Source: Neophaeotheca triangularis
Taxonomy: Eukaryota
DNA: 64,000 nucleotides
Direction of reading: 5' to 3'
NCBI GenBank assembly: GCA_054600435.1
Contig: BAAIJX010000001.1
Location: 62,001-126,000, forward strand
Part shown: piece by piece, positions 24,833-35,832 of the stretch
Position numbering within the stretch: the first letter of the stretch is position 1
How the letters are laid out: each line of letters opens with the position of its first letter
The notes under the pieces: generated by a model
What the model was told of the DNA's origin: nothing
The model's input: only the letters and a program-made list of their open reading frames with translations
Databases searched by the model: none
Translations under genes and position numbers: made by a program

Positions 24833-26770
24833 CTATCGCGGCTCATCGACAGGACTCTCAGAAAGCCGCTCGTCCAACAAAGCCGGATCTACCGGGTACG
24901 AACGAATCCCGTTCTGCGCAAACTCTTGCTCTTCTCCAATGGAAAGCTCCGACTCCTCCCACTCCATTCCTACCAAATCCAGAACGCCGTTTCTGTAACA
25001 ATCCACCTCCTCAACCTCCATCCATCCGCCCTTCTCTACAGCCACAATCATGCCATCCACGCAGAATTGCCGTTGCCGCTCGTCGTCCTGGTCTTCGGGT
25101 ATTTCGATTCGCAGGCCCCGAGCGGAGTGGTACCCGACACGCTTGTCCCGGTCATGCTGGCCACCATTGTAGGCGGCGTTGATGATGTTTTTGATCTCGT
25201 TGTCGTGCCGAATCCTGCTCGCTCTCTCTTCTCCTTCCCCTTCTCCTTCTACCTCTTTTTCTCCTTCTCCTTTCCGCTCTTCTCCTTGCTTCTCCTTGTT
25301 AGTTTCTTCACCCCCTCGTGGATACAGTTGCCCAAATTCGACTATGCCTATCCCGCCACTCCCGAACCGATGCATGGGTGACATCTCGAACCCTTCCTCT
25401 AAGAATGCACCGCAAGTTGCAAGCAAGAAGGTGTGTTCGGGTCTCAGAAGCTGTTTTTCTTCAGTGGCACCACCGTCTGACCATCCACTAGAGATCGGAA
25501 GATGTCGTGTCGAATCGAAAAGCGTCACATTGCCCTTGTACACGCGCGGCGCGATGACGGTATCTTCATTGCGCAGATATTCTTCCAGAGCTGAGCGAAA
25601 AGACCGAGATGTGGGAGCGCCGCTATTGGTGCTGGCCTCGTCGACTGTTACGGAGGCATGTAGAGCCCAGGAGGCTACAACGGCGCCGTGGATGGTGGGA
25701 ACGCCGTCGACTGCACTCTCTGCTTTATCACCCAAACGGGCTCTTTTGCGAATCTTGCGGAGAGATGCGCCATCTTTACCTCGATCCGTTATTAGGTGAG
25801 CTCCACGAGAGAAAGTTGCCTGGAAGTATGGCAGTGGCTCTGGCTTCCCAAGAAGGAGTGCGCGGAGGCCAAAAGTAGAATGCTGCGATATGCGGTTGCT
25901 TGTTAGAAAGTTGCTGTGTGCAAGGGCATTCTTATGTCCACATGGGAGAAGGCAGAGGACAGGTTTGACATAGCTAGAGGGAGGTGTTATTATCTCCTGC
26001 TCATGGGTTTTTGATAAGTTTTCCGCGGCAGTGAACGGCGACGTGGAGAGTAAGGCATTCAGCAGGTCAGTCAAGCCATTGTCGTCACTTAGGAGAACAA
26101 TAGTCTGAGCGATGCTTCGTTTTGCTCGAGGCAGTAGGGTTGATGTTACTAACTCAAGAATCGTGTCTCTAGAGGCAGCGTAGTGCAGACTATACTCTCT
26201 CCTCTGGGAAAGAGTAAAGTGATCGAGGAGAGGCCGTAAGAGATCGCACCAGGCATTGTTAGCCAAGTCCGTGCCTATGTTGGTCGAAACTACGATGTGA
26301 AGATTGGGTGTCCCGTCCGTAGGTGCGACGAAGAGGTGACTAGGTTCTTCCGGGCATAGAAAATCACTGACCAGGTCTTCAGGTGGTTTGAAAACCTCTA
26401 TAGTGCGTAAAGCCAGTGCTGGAGCATGGTTGCCCTTGTCCCTAGGCAGCGGATCGACGAAGATGAGATTGTAGGTACTCGAGGCTCGACCACCAACGGT
26501 ATGTATTCCTGCGATGTACCCAACGCCAATAACATTGGAATTCTGCGTACTAGCCGACACATTGTCTCCGGGTATTTCCCAACTCAAGCAATCGAATACT
26601 TGTCCGGTGTGGTGGTAATCGCGGCGTTCCAAGTGGTAGGATATGTCGGCATCCTCATGGTTGACTTGGCCTCGTGAGGAATCTCGTAGGGGCGACAACT
26701 CAATGTCAATTGGTGCGTTTTGATACCTACGCAAAATCTCAGCCTTGACTCCGGCATTACTGTCTCCCAT
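24833..26770 (-). CDS. Diacylglycerol/sphingosine kinase catalytic-domain-like protein with degenerate motifs
   Basis: Family-like segments QTIVLLS, LCLLP.G..NALAHS, HGAVVASW.LHAS, YNGGQH, FCVDG; start placed at MGDSN (26770) by inference. Confidence 0.75.
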   Translation of the reverse strand: MGDSNAGVKAEILRRYQNAPIDIELSPLRDSSRGQVNHEDADISYHLERRDYHHTGQVFDCLSWEIPGDNVSASTQNSNVIGVGYIAGIHTVGGRASSTYNLIFVDPLPRDKGNHAPALALRTIEVFKPPEDLVSDFLCPEEPSHLFVAPTDGTPNLHIVVSTNIGTDLANNAWCDLLRPLLDHFTLSQRREYSLHYAASRDTILELVTSTLLPRAKRSIAQTIVLLSDDNGLTDLLNALLSTSPFTAAENLSKTHEQEIITPPSSYVKPVLCLLPCGHKNALAHSNFLTSNRISQHSTFGLRALLLGKPEPLPYFQATFSRGAHLITDRGKDGASLRKIRKRARLGDKAESAVDGVPTIHGAVVASWALHASVTVDEASTNSGAPTSRSFRSALEEYLRNEDTVIAPRVYKGNVTLFDSTRHLPISSGWSDGGATEEKQLLRPEHTFLLATCGAFLEEGFEMSPMHRFGSGGIGIVEFGQLYPRGGEETNKEKQGEERKGEGEKEVEGEGEGEERASRIRHDNEIKNIINAAYNGGQHDRDKRVGYHSARGLRIEIPEDQDDERQRQFCVDGMIVAVEKGGWMEVEEVDCYRNGVLDLVGMEWEESELSIGEEQEFAQNGIRSYPVDPALLDERLSESPVDEPR

Positions 26771-27232
26771 TCTGACAGTCAATCTCCATGTACTTTGGGC
26801 AGATATCTTGGACTGTACTTCGCAGGCAGCCCGAGGTGAGTGAGCTGAGCGAACAGCGGAGACGCCAAGACGCAGTCCAAACTTCCACCGTATATATGCA
26901 TGAGTCGGATATATGTAATTGTCACCAATCAACAACATGGCTGGAATTAGACGTCGTCGTCAACAGTGCCCCCTGGATTTTGCAGACTACTGATCAAATT
27001 CTAGCTACAAGAGCTAAAGATCATATTTGCCTGTTTCGTGACCGCTTCCCAATACCTGTGGTCGTCAAATTGACCGACCGTGATAAGCTAGAGCAAGTAT
27101 GTCTGTTCAATCATTCACGTCCATCATTTATGGCTCGGGCACTGCCTCTCAATATCACCAGTACACCGCAAAACCTAGACTGCATTCGGCTCTGCTTCCC
27201 CGGTGTTTTCCTTGCTCATCACAACTCTGCAG

Positions 27233-27472
27233 CTAACCGCCATAGTTCCAATAACCCCCTGAAGGGTCGCCCATTGCTCCTAGACCGGGACAAAGAACAT
27301 ACGGGTACCAGAAGCCAGGGTGCCAGCTTCTGTAGTCGGGATCGCCTACAGTGCTCTGTCCTGGCCAGTAGCTTGGCGGACGAAGTACCATTAGGTTGTT
27401 TGGAATGTTCTCCCCGTTGACAAACCAGCTGTTTTGGTTAACCTGGCCCTGATCGGCGTAGTAGAACGACAT
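27233..27472 (-). CDS. Candidate 79-aa Tyr/Trp/Gly/Pro-rich microprotein
   Basis: ACAATG start context, C/A-rich leader, TATA-like GATATA near 27645-27650, biased composition; no family recognised. Confidence 0.4.
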   Translation of the reverse strand: MSFYYADQGQVNQNSWFVNGENIPNNLMVLRPPSYWPGQSTVGDPDYRSWHPGFWYPYVLCPGLGAMGDPSGGYWNYGG

Positions 27473-28144
27473 TGTCGAGGCCGGTTAGTTGGTCGAGTGG
27501 TGTTGTGATGTTCCGGGGATTGGCGGAGTTGGAGTTGGTAAGCTATGTTAGGTAATATGATGAGTATGTTGGTGAGGAGACGAAGGTGGTGTTGATGGGG
27601 AGGTATAGAAAGGTAGTGGGAGGGCAGGTGGGAAGGCGCTGGGGTATATCTCGTGAACGTCCGTCACTGTAGTATCGCCGTCCATAGCAGCCTTGAACTC
27701 GCGGTGCGAGGATTGCTGACGCAATGTCAACCCAAATCTATTCACCAGAGTAAAGGAGCCTGGCAGAGGCTTGGTTGGTGTCTAAACCTCTCGAATGGTG
27801 GAGAGGACAAGGACGTCGTGTATTTGTTTAGTCGAAAGTAGACAGACTCGTAGCTCGTATCGTGTCTAGATCTGGGGGAGGAGCGTCCCTCTAGGTGCAT
27901 GATGTCTGCGCCTGGCCTGCTCGTATATTTAAACCGCTGGTTTCCTCGCAATTCGCCGGGTCAGCATCCTCGCACGTGAAGCAGAAGCATTGGCAAAACC
28001 ATTTTGCCTGGCCACTAGCTGGGGACTAAAGGCATTTCGAGTCAATCTCAAACACTCCTTCCAAACCGCGAACTTCTTTGCTCTATGTTCTCTTGGCGTA
28101 GTGAACTTCCGTGGTTCTTTCGTTGAACAACACTTAGGCATCTT

Positions 28145-29251
28145 TTACAACTTCTCTTTATCATCTTTCGATTTGACCCTGATCATTCCCTCTTGCATCA
28201 AGGTGGCAACATGTCTCCCCCTCGCATCCCACACCCTACTATGAAACATTCCCCTCCCACCAGCAGCCCTGGTCGTCCAGTCTTCCTTCACAAACCATTC
28301 TCTTCCCTTGTCGTCCTCCGCCTCATCACTCCCCACAAACATCTCCTCCAAAGGCACATGGAATACAACCGTATGCGCCAGACTGCCCATCTGCGAGTAG
28401 CTATCCCCGGCATTGAAATGATTCGCAACGATAAAAAGCGAATTGCGGTCGCTCGCATACAAATGGGCGCAAGCGTTGAGGTTCGCATCCTTCGGCATCT
28501 TCCCCAACGCCCGATAGTAAATCAACTGCCGCTTATCCAACGGATCCAAACCGCGATTAAAAGCCGTCATGTCAACCTTCCTGGCCTGCAAGCCGGGGAA
28601 TGGGTCATTATACCCCGTCTCCTTCCTCCTGCGCCAATACCAAGGGACATCCATCCCCGGCGCTTCCTCAAAATCCTCAGGTCTCTTGCCCGCGAGCACG
28701 GACTCGTAGGCCGAGGGGATGTCCACGGCGGCCTGTTTATCAAGTGGGCTGGTCTCAGCGGTTTTGAACGATGCCGTGCATGTGAAGCAGATCCCGCTGC
28801 CCTCTCTTTGCGTGACGTTGACGATGCGGATCGCGTAGCTGCGGCCGTTGCGCAGCGTGTGCACTTTGTAGATGAAGGGGACCGAAGGGAGGCCGCCTAG
28901 GAGGAAGAAGCCCGTGACGTTCTGTCATCACCAAGAGGTCAGATCACTCTCATCGCCCGTTTAGCACGGAGTGGTGGTGCTGGGAAAATGCTGCTCTCGT
29001 ACAAAGGGCTACGGTATATGGAAGTTGTATCTACGTACATGCACCACAAAGCCCTCGCCCACGGTCTGTGCCGCCGCCCATACTGCTTGCGCATACACAT
29101 GTCCGCCGTAAGCTCTCTTGACACCGCCGGGGGCTTGCCCGCCCGGGGAGAAGGGAAGCGCCGTCGACCGGTATGTGACTTCGTTGATTTTCTCGAGTTC
29201 CATGAGATCCGCGAAGGGGAGGTATTGGTTGCCGTCTTCGGGGGGAGGCAT
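28145..29251 (-). CDS. Acyl-CoA thioesterase II (double hot-dog, TesB/Tes1 family); intron 29038-28922
   Basis: AYGGHVYAQA, HNVTGFF (formed across splice), LRNGRSY, HLYASDRNSLF, SLAHTVVFH, QEGMIR; C-terminal -EKL. Confidence 0.9.
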
Positions 29252-29791
29252 TGTGATGGTAGTGCGGGCACTGATACAGGGATGTGTTGGGATGGTGGTG
29301 ATGGTGGTGGTGGTTGTGGGTTGGGTCTCCGCGAGAGCATGGCAGAGACGGAAGTTAGACTACATGTTCGGTACTTGGGTTTTGTTATGGGAAAGTATGT
29401 TGCTGCGATTAGGTGAGGTTGGCATGTAGTCTACCTCGGTACAAGTGGTGGCCCACCTTGGAGTGGGGTTGTAGCGATATCCCCAGCTTCATGCCTTGAG
29501 AGACTGAATTAATCAAGTGGGATAAAAATGAGATCGTTTCCGGTTGCTTAGATGGCGAATCTTTGATAGGTTTACATACAGGCTTTGAAGGCCATCGTGT
29601 TGTAATCGCGAAAGCGTGGGTATTCTAAGAGTACATCAGCTGCCTCCCCCGATCAATCACGCCTTCTCGAAAGCGTGATGCGTGCCCAGCACGAGAACAG
29701 CGCCCCCAATCAACGCCCTAGTAGCGTCTACGAGATGAAAAGGCGCCATGCTACAATGCTGTAATTTCAGTGCCCTTGCTAGCCGAAATCC

Positions 29792-32700
29792 TCAATATTT
29801 GAACCCGATTCGATCAAGATACGCCATGAACTCCCGATCAAGCTCCTTCTGCATCTCAGCCAAGCGCTTGCGCTCCTCGGGCATGAAGCTCTGCACCAGC
29901 GGATGATCCATAGGCAGCTCCCGCATTTGGCTTTTGTCGTAAATAATCGTTAGCATGTCTTTGACGCCGTTCTTGTCCTCATCGTCGAACCAGTTGCGCA
30001 GCGCGACGGGGTCCCATGTGTCTTCTTCCGGTTGCTGGGGGGCGTCGTTGGCAGAAGATTCGCTGGGTTCGGCTGAGGTAGAGGTCGACACGGTGGAGGA
30101 CGTTGAGAGGCCGCGGGTCGGCGACGAAGCTTGAGGCTTGGGTGTGTCGTTGTCTTGGGTAGGCGGGGTTTCCTTAAAGGGTGTTTCCGGGGTGAGCAGA
30201 ACACGATTGTCGTTTTGGCTGTCTGCTACTTGGGGAGGTGCTCCTCCGTAGGGCTCTTTGGGTGGCGTGTCGAGGAAACTCGGGCTGGAAGCCTCGCTGG
30301 CACGGTCACGGCGCTCCTCTTCGTCGTCGTCGTTGGGGGACTGACCCTTTGCTGGTGTGGGTATATGTATATTCTCCGTGGCGTGCATGAAAGTCCCGGA
30401 CGTCATTTCGACCGGACTTTCGGATATCTCGTCGTCGTTCTCATCGTGCAGGTTGCGCGCTGCGCTTGAATCCTGATCTGTACTGTTGTTCCTGACGGCT
30501 TGCTGCGCGCTTTCGGATCGAGCTGGCACATTTTCGTCGGGTCCGTTGCCGGCCGGCGGCACCTTATAGCCCGACGACATCTCGTACGAAAGGTCGCCTG
30601 CAGGCAGCTCGGCCATGAAATCTGGAGGGTTATGGAGGTCCTTAGTAGACGAAGAGCTTGGACCTGGCGGCGATTTTTGCAGCTTGCCCCTCACGGAAGC
30701 AGGAGCCTGTGTAAGACTCTGTTTGCTCTCGCTGCGCTGTGCGCTCCTGTGCTGGTCTACCGGGGAAGTATCACCACTCCGCATTGGGGAGCCGCGAGGA
30801 GACTCTCGCGACGCTTCGGAGCTGGCTTTCTCAACTTCGCTTTCGGCGGGAACATCTTCTTTTGACTTCTTGTCCTTCTTCTTGCTTTTGAACAAGCCGG
30901 AAAGCATGCCCTGCTTCTTTTCCTTCTTCGCCTTTGCCTCTTTGCTCTTCTTTTCCTCGGGCGGCGAAGCTATCTTTACCAAGCTCTCCATACTGCTGTT
31001 GCGAGCACTATCTTGGGACGAAGGTTTGCTGTTACCGGACTCGTCGCGCAGTAGCCCAGGAGTAAGAGTGATTTTCCGAGTCTCGATGCTGTCATCCTTG
31101 AGGAAAGAATCGGTGTTGCGTGGCGTGCCTTTCCGAGACTTAAGTGGTGCTGCTTCTGCAAGGTTCGTTAGTCGCGGCTCTGGAAGAAGTGACAGAATAA
31201 TCAACCTACCAGTTCTGTCCACAAGCTTAGGGCTCAATTGCGGGTCTTCGGTCACAGAAGGCGTGGCACCGAGGATACTGCTAGTCGCGGAATTCGTCGA
31301 ATCCACAGATGCTCGCGCCGGATTGACAGTGGGCTCTGGCTCAACAGGAGCTTGCTCAGCGGCCTGTTGATTATCCAGATTTTGCTGTTGGTGGTGCTGC
31401 TGGTCGCTTTGTTGAACCTCCTGCTGCGTGGCAACACCGTTTTGAGGCTCAGCTTCACCCTGCTCTTCGTCGTCTGAATAGTCGTAGTCTGATGCCTCAA
31501 CGTAGGTCGGCGCGGCGAATTGGACCGTCTTTGCGTTTCTTCTACGCATGGCTTTCCTAAGTGGGTTCTTGGACTTCTCGGGATTGTCGCCCAACATGGT
31601 AGCGGATAGCTGTTGATCGGGTCAGTCGCTGCATAAAAGAAAACCTGGAGTTCACCACTTACGTCAATGTTGCGGTGCTTGTTAAGCCTTGCCAGTCGTT
31701 CGGTGGGTGTCTCGATATGCTCAGCGGGCAGGTATCCTGCGTTCAATTAGCCCGAGAACCATGTTCTCCCAGTCGCGGAAGCACACACCTATACTGCTGT
31801 CCTTGACGATCCTGACGAGCCACCAATAACTATTGCTGTCGTCGAGCAATACCATGGTATCACCCTTAGTGGCATTGGCTTGCCCTTCGACCGTGGCGAC
31901 AAACGTATGCAACGCATACACAAATTCGAAATCGATATCTTCTGCTTCACGTAAGCTCTCAGCACCCCAGCCGCTTGCAATGTACGAAGGGGACAGGTCA
32001 TTAAAGAAAGTGTCTGCAGCATCATCCTCTGAGCCAGTATCCGAGTCCGAGTCCGGAAGATCCTCCTAGGAATCCTCTGTATCAGCCGGAGAAGGTGGTA
32101 TGTCCAGAAGAGGGTCGTCCCGTGGGAGTAGCACTTCGTTGAGGTCTATGCTTCTCATGCTGCTGTTGCTCGGACAGGGCCGCAGGCCGATTGTAGTCAT
32201 AGCTGGCGAGCAGCGTGTCATGGACATCTTCCTCGCTGGTACCTCAGGCAACGGCTCATATGGCTCTTGTTCATCGTCAGTGTCCGAGTCGCTATGCTCG
32301 CCATAAGAAATCTCACTTGAGAGGCCGCTATCCATGCTAACACTCCCATTGGCTCCAACGCTTCCTAAAAGTTCCTGCTGCTGCTGCTGCTGTCCGTGCT
32401 CGATGCTTAGTTCCATTGGCTCCACGTCCGGTTCCTGTTGGGACCTTACCACTTGATGCTGACGTGCGGACGAGAATGAAAACAACCTGGCCATCTTTGC
32501 AACACCGAGCTTGGGGCTGGAGTGGACCGATTCCGAGCTGCCGCTTGCCATCGACTCACTCGAAACTTTTCGAAAAGCCAATGGCGAAGGAGAGAACCCC
32601 CCCTCGGCGCCCCCCACTCTCCGTAAAGGGAGATGCTTCGGTGTGTGCAAAAATGGCGAGGAATCAGGGGTCGTGCTTGCCGAACGGTTGAGCGTTCCGC

Positions 32701-33221
32701 TTAAGATTGGTGTTGACTCCGGTGTCAGACTTGAAGTCCTAGCCGGCCACGGCGAAGTACCGCGTTGTTGTGCTGGTGCTGGTGAGGTTGAAGAAGGCAT
32801 CGGGTACCCACCATCGTCTATGCTTGGCGAACTCGAAATTCTGTCCGTCATGTCGTCGGCTTCCTCGTCGTCGCTGTCGTCTTCTCCATTGTCTCGACCT
32901 TCCTGTTGTGAGACCCCCGTGGAGTCGCTACTTTGGTTAAGCTCGTCAGTCGGCTCGCTGTTGCCGTTCCACGCTTCTGCCAGATTCTGCTCCTCGGAAT
33001 GTCGCTCGCGTAGGACATGCTCGACTTCGGCAGCTTGGTGAGGACCAAGACCACCATCATTGTGGGGGTGCGCATGATGTTTGCTGTGATCTGCTGCAGA
33101 GGGCGCATCTTGATCCTGCAGGTCGATTGTGTCTGGAACGACTGTCAATATCCATGACTCTTTGCATTCTGCCGATTTCGCGGGCTCACATACCGGCTCT
33201 CACAATTTTCGGTCTTGCCAT
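29792..33221 (-). CDS. tea4: SH3-domain cell-polarity protein Tea4/TeaC/Bud14; introns 33193-33133, 32811-31942 (long, optional), 31788-31737, 31662-31610, 31209-31156
   Basis: MARPKIVRADTIDLQD N-terminus; SH3 FVYALHTFVATVEGQANATKGD...SYWWLVR...GYLPAEHIETP; ERLARLNKHRN; RVxF-type PP1 motif KTVQF. Confidence 0.9.
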
Positions 33222-34761
33222 AATCCCAGCTTCCACCGCGCAGTCCCTGGCCAACAAGCCAGGACTGCAAGATTGCGCCTACGAAATCTTCTCCGGTCGT
33301 CCCTCGCCCTCGCTGTCGCGCGCTGGTGTTTGTAGTCGAGTGCGTTCGCTATGGCGATTACCGGAAGCGATAGCGGTGCAGCAGTGCTGGGGCTGAGGTG
33401 AGTTTGGACAGTGGGCGAGTGAAGGTCGGGAGGCCGGTCGATAACGCGGGACTTTCGCGTTGGTCTTAGCAGAATGTACGCGTAGTTCAGGCAACAGTCG
33501 AGGAGCGAGTAGACGCCAGCGCCGGTATGGGATACAGCGGGTAGGAAATGAGAGGTGCTGGAAGTTAATAGCGAGATGAAGTAATGTGAAGTATGAACTA
33601 TGGTAGAGTCCCATTCCTGACGTTCCTGCCCCTGCCGCAGTGCTATCTAGGAAATAAAGTTGGCTGGCGTCGGCGTCGGCACTCCGGGAGGGGCCGCTGA
33701 GATCGCCCACATCACCCTAGCCATTCTGGGTGGCTGCACCTCAACTAGAACGTCACGTGCATGTTGAGATATATTCGGTGTCAAGATTGATGAACTGCAG
33801 CGATTGTTGAGTCGTGGAAAGACGGTGCTTGGTGGGAATCCGCAATGGCTACGAAGTCTCTGAGCTAAGAACACTTCATGTAGCTACGAAAGCTCTGTCT
33901 ATCGAGGCAGTTCCTAGTTTCACTGAAACTCGCCACTGCAATACATCTTGTTGGTTACACATGGCCCCCTCCATCTCAAAGGGGCGACCATCTAACAGCT
34001 CTCCAACTTGCGACTCACACACCCGATTCACACCCCCGATGGCGGGCGTTCAGAACTCCTTAGACCTGTCCAGGAGACAACGTTGCGATGCCTCCCCCGA
34101 AAGCCTGAAAGTCGCCCTGGTATTGTTCGTGCAGGCACGAGTCTGGACGCTGATGTCTCTAATCATTGCCGAGTACGTTCTGCTTGCGCATAGAGGCTCC
34201 TTATCATTCCTCTCTTCCTAGCAACACACTGCAGGTTGAGTTCATGTTGAATATCTACCGGCATTGCACTTGCAACGGGCGCGACGCATTCCAATGCGGT
34301 TTTACGCAGCTCAGCAGGTACCGCTCGTCATCGATGCCTAAGTCTCCGGGCTGAAAACTGTCTTTGCTATCGTCATTGCTGCTTTCGGTGGAGCGGCGGT
34401 AGTGGGCTTTGATTGGCGTAAGTGGGCGATGGCAAGAAGGCTACGGCTAATGCGGCGTGAAGATCGACGAGAGAGCCTTGCGGCCCCTGATGTTTCGACG
34501 CCGGTACTCGGCCATGGCGAAATATTGTCCCATTGGCTAGTGCGAATAATGGATGGAGCGTCTGCAACGTTAGGTTGCGACATCCGTCTACCCAGAGCAA
34601 GCGGGCGATATGGTGGCTGTTGAAGGCGACGAGGGCAACCATGGTCTCATCTTCTTCTGGTTTGGAGAAACGGTCAAAAATATTGACGATCTACGTCTCT
34701 ACGAGCAAACAAATAAGATACCAACGCCTTCGCTAGTGTCGAAACATCCAGCACACCATCT

Positions 34762-35832
34762 CTAGGTGCTCTCTCCTTTCACCTGCTTCTTCGCCATGAA
34801 ACGGAAGAATATCGCTGGGTGAGTAACTGTGAGTGCCCAAACTGCGATTACCATCATGCTGTTGCACGGGCAAACGTTAGCCAATAGTGGTGTCTAAGTC
34901 CCCTTGTACTATTAGCTTACCTAGAGTCCAAGACCAGGAAAGTTGGCTCCGTCTGCATCAGGTCGCCAGTCCATCCTTGCGCCATCTCGGGAATACTATC
35001 GCGAGTTTATTAGCACAACAGCCTAGACGGCATCAAAGCAGTTGTGTGCGCCTTACCGGTAGCAGCAACGTATCAGAACGGCCATGAAAGATACGAAGAG
35101 AGTCCAAACAAAGATCCTGAAGCGTTTTACGGCTTCGGGATCCTCGGCTTTGTCTTGTTGGATGGGTGCGGGTGCCTTCTCCGATTCAATGGACTTTTTC
35201 TTCGATCTCTGGTAGTTGAAAGCGAACAGTAGAATCAGGCTGCCGCAGAACACCATGTTCACCACTTGGAAGGAGACACCGGCAACGAGAACAGCGCTCG
35301 CTGCATCCGTCAAATCCGAATTTGTTTCATCTCCGCCCGTCCCAGCCGCCGACATTCCGGCACCGGCGACCTGGATGAAGATGGCTGTGAAGTCCGTTCC
35401 GATGAAAACGAAGGGATAGTACTTGGCGCGCAGTTTTAGGTGCTCCTCTCCGCAGTACAGCGCAATGTGCTTGAAAGTGACGGAGATGGCGGCGTTGACG
35501 AATGAGGGCGCAATGACGGTACCCGTCAAGTGAGCCACCATAGCGCTGTAGTCCCAAGGGTTGTCCCAGAGTGCGACGCGTGCTCCGTAGCCAAGGACTT
35601 CGAGCGCGATGCCGATAAGTAGCCAGGAACTGAATCCGTAATTTTTCATTTTGAAGGCCAGCACAAAGTTGACGATTAGCGGAAGGGTGAACATGATCAG
35701 AAAAAAGACGGCACCGCCCAGGTTTGGTCGGTAGGCGTAGATGGTCCGGTCGAGGGGGCATAATGCCGAAACGCCATCGCAGTTGGAGTATGAAGGCTGC
35801 CAAGTGGGCGAAGGTGGTTGTGGTTGGGCCAT
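34762..35832 (-). CDS. RTA1/Rsb1-family 7-TM lipid-translocating exporter; introns 35056-34996 and 34920-34859
   Basis: IYAYRPNL, LEVLGYGAR, IAPSFVNAA, IQVAGAG, LIRCCYR|IPEMAQGW, FLVLDS, THPAIFF; both introns canonical. Confidence 0.92.

Noticed and set aside
33814..34740. Several short ORFs between tea4 and the RTA1 gene
   Set aside because: No coherent gene model or motif; probably promoter and UTR sequence
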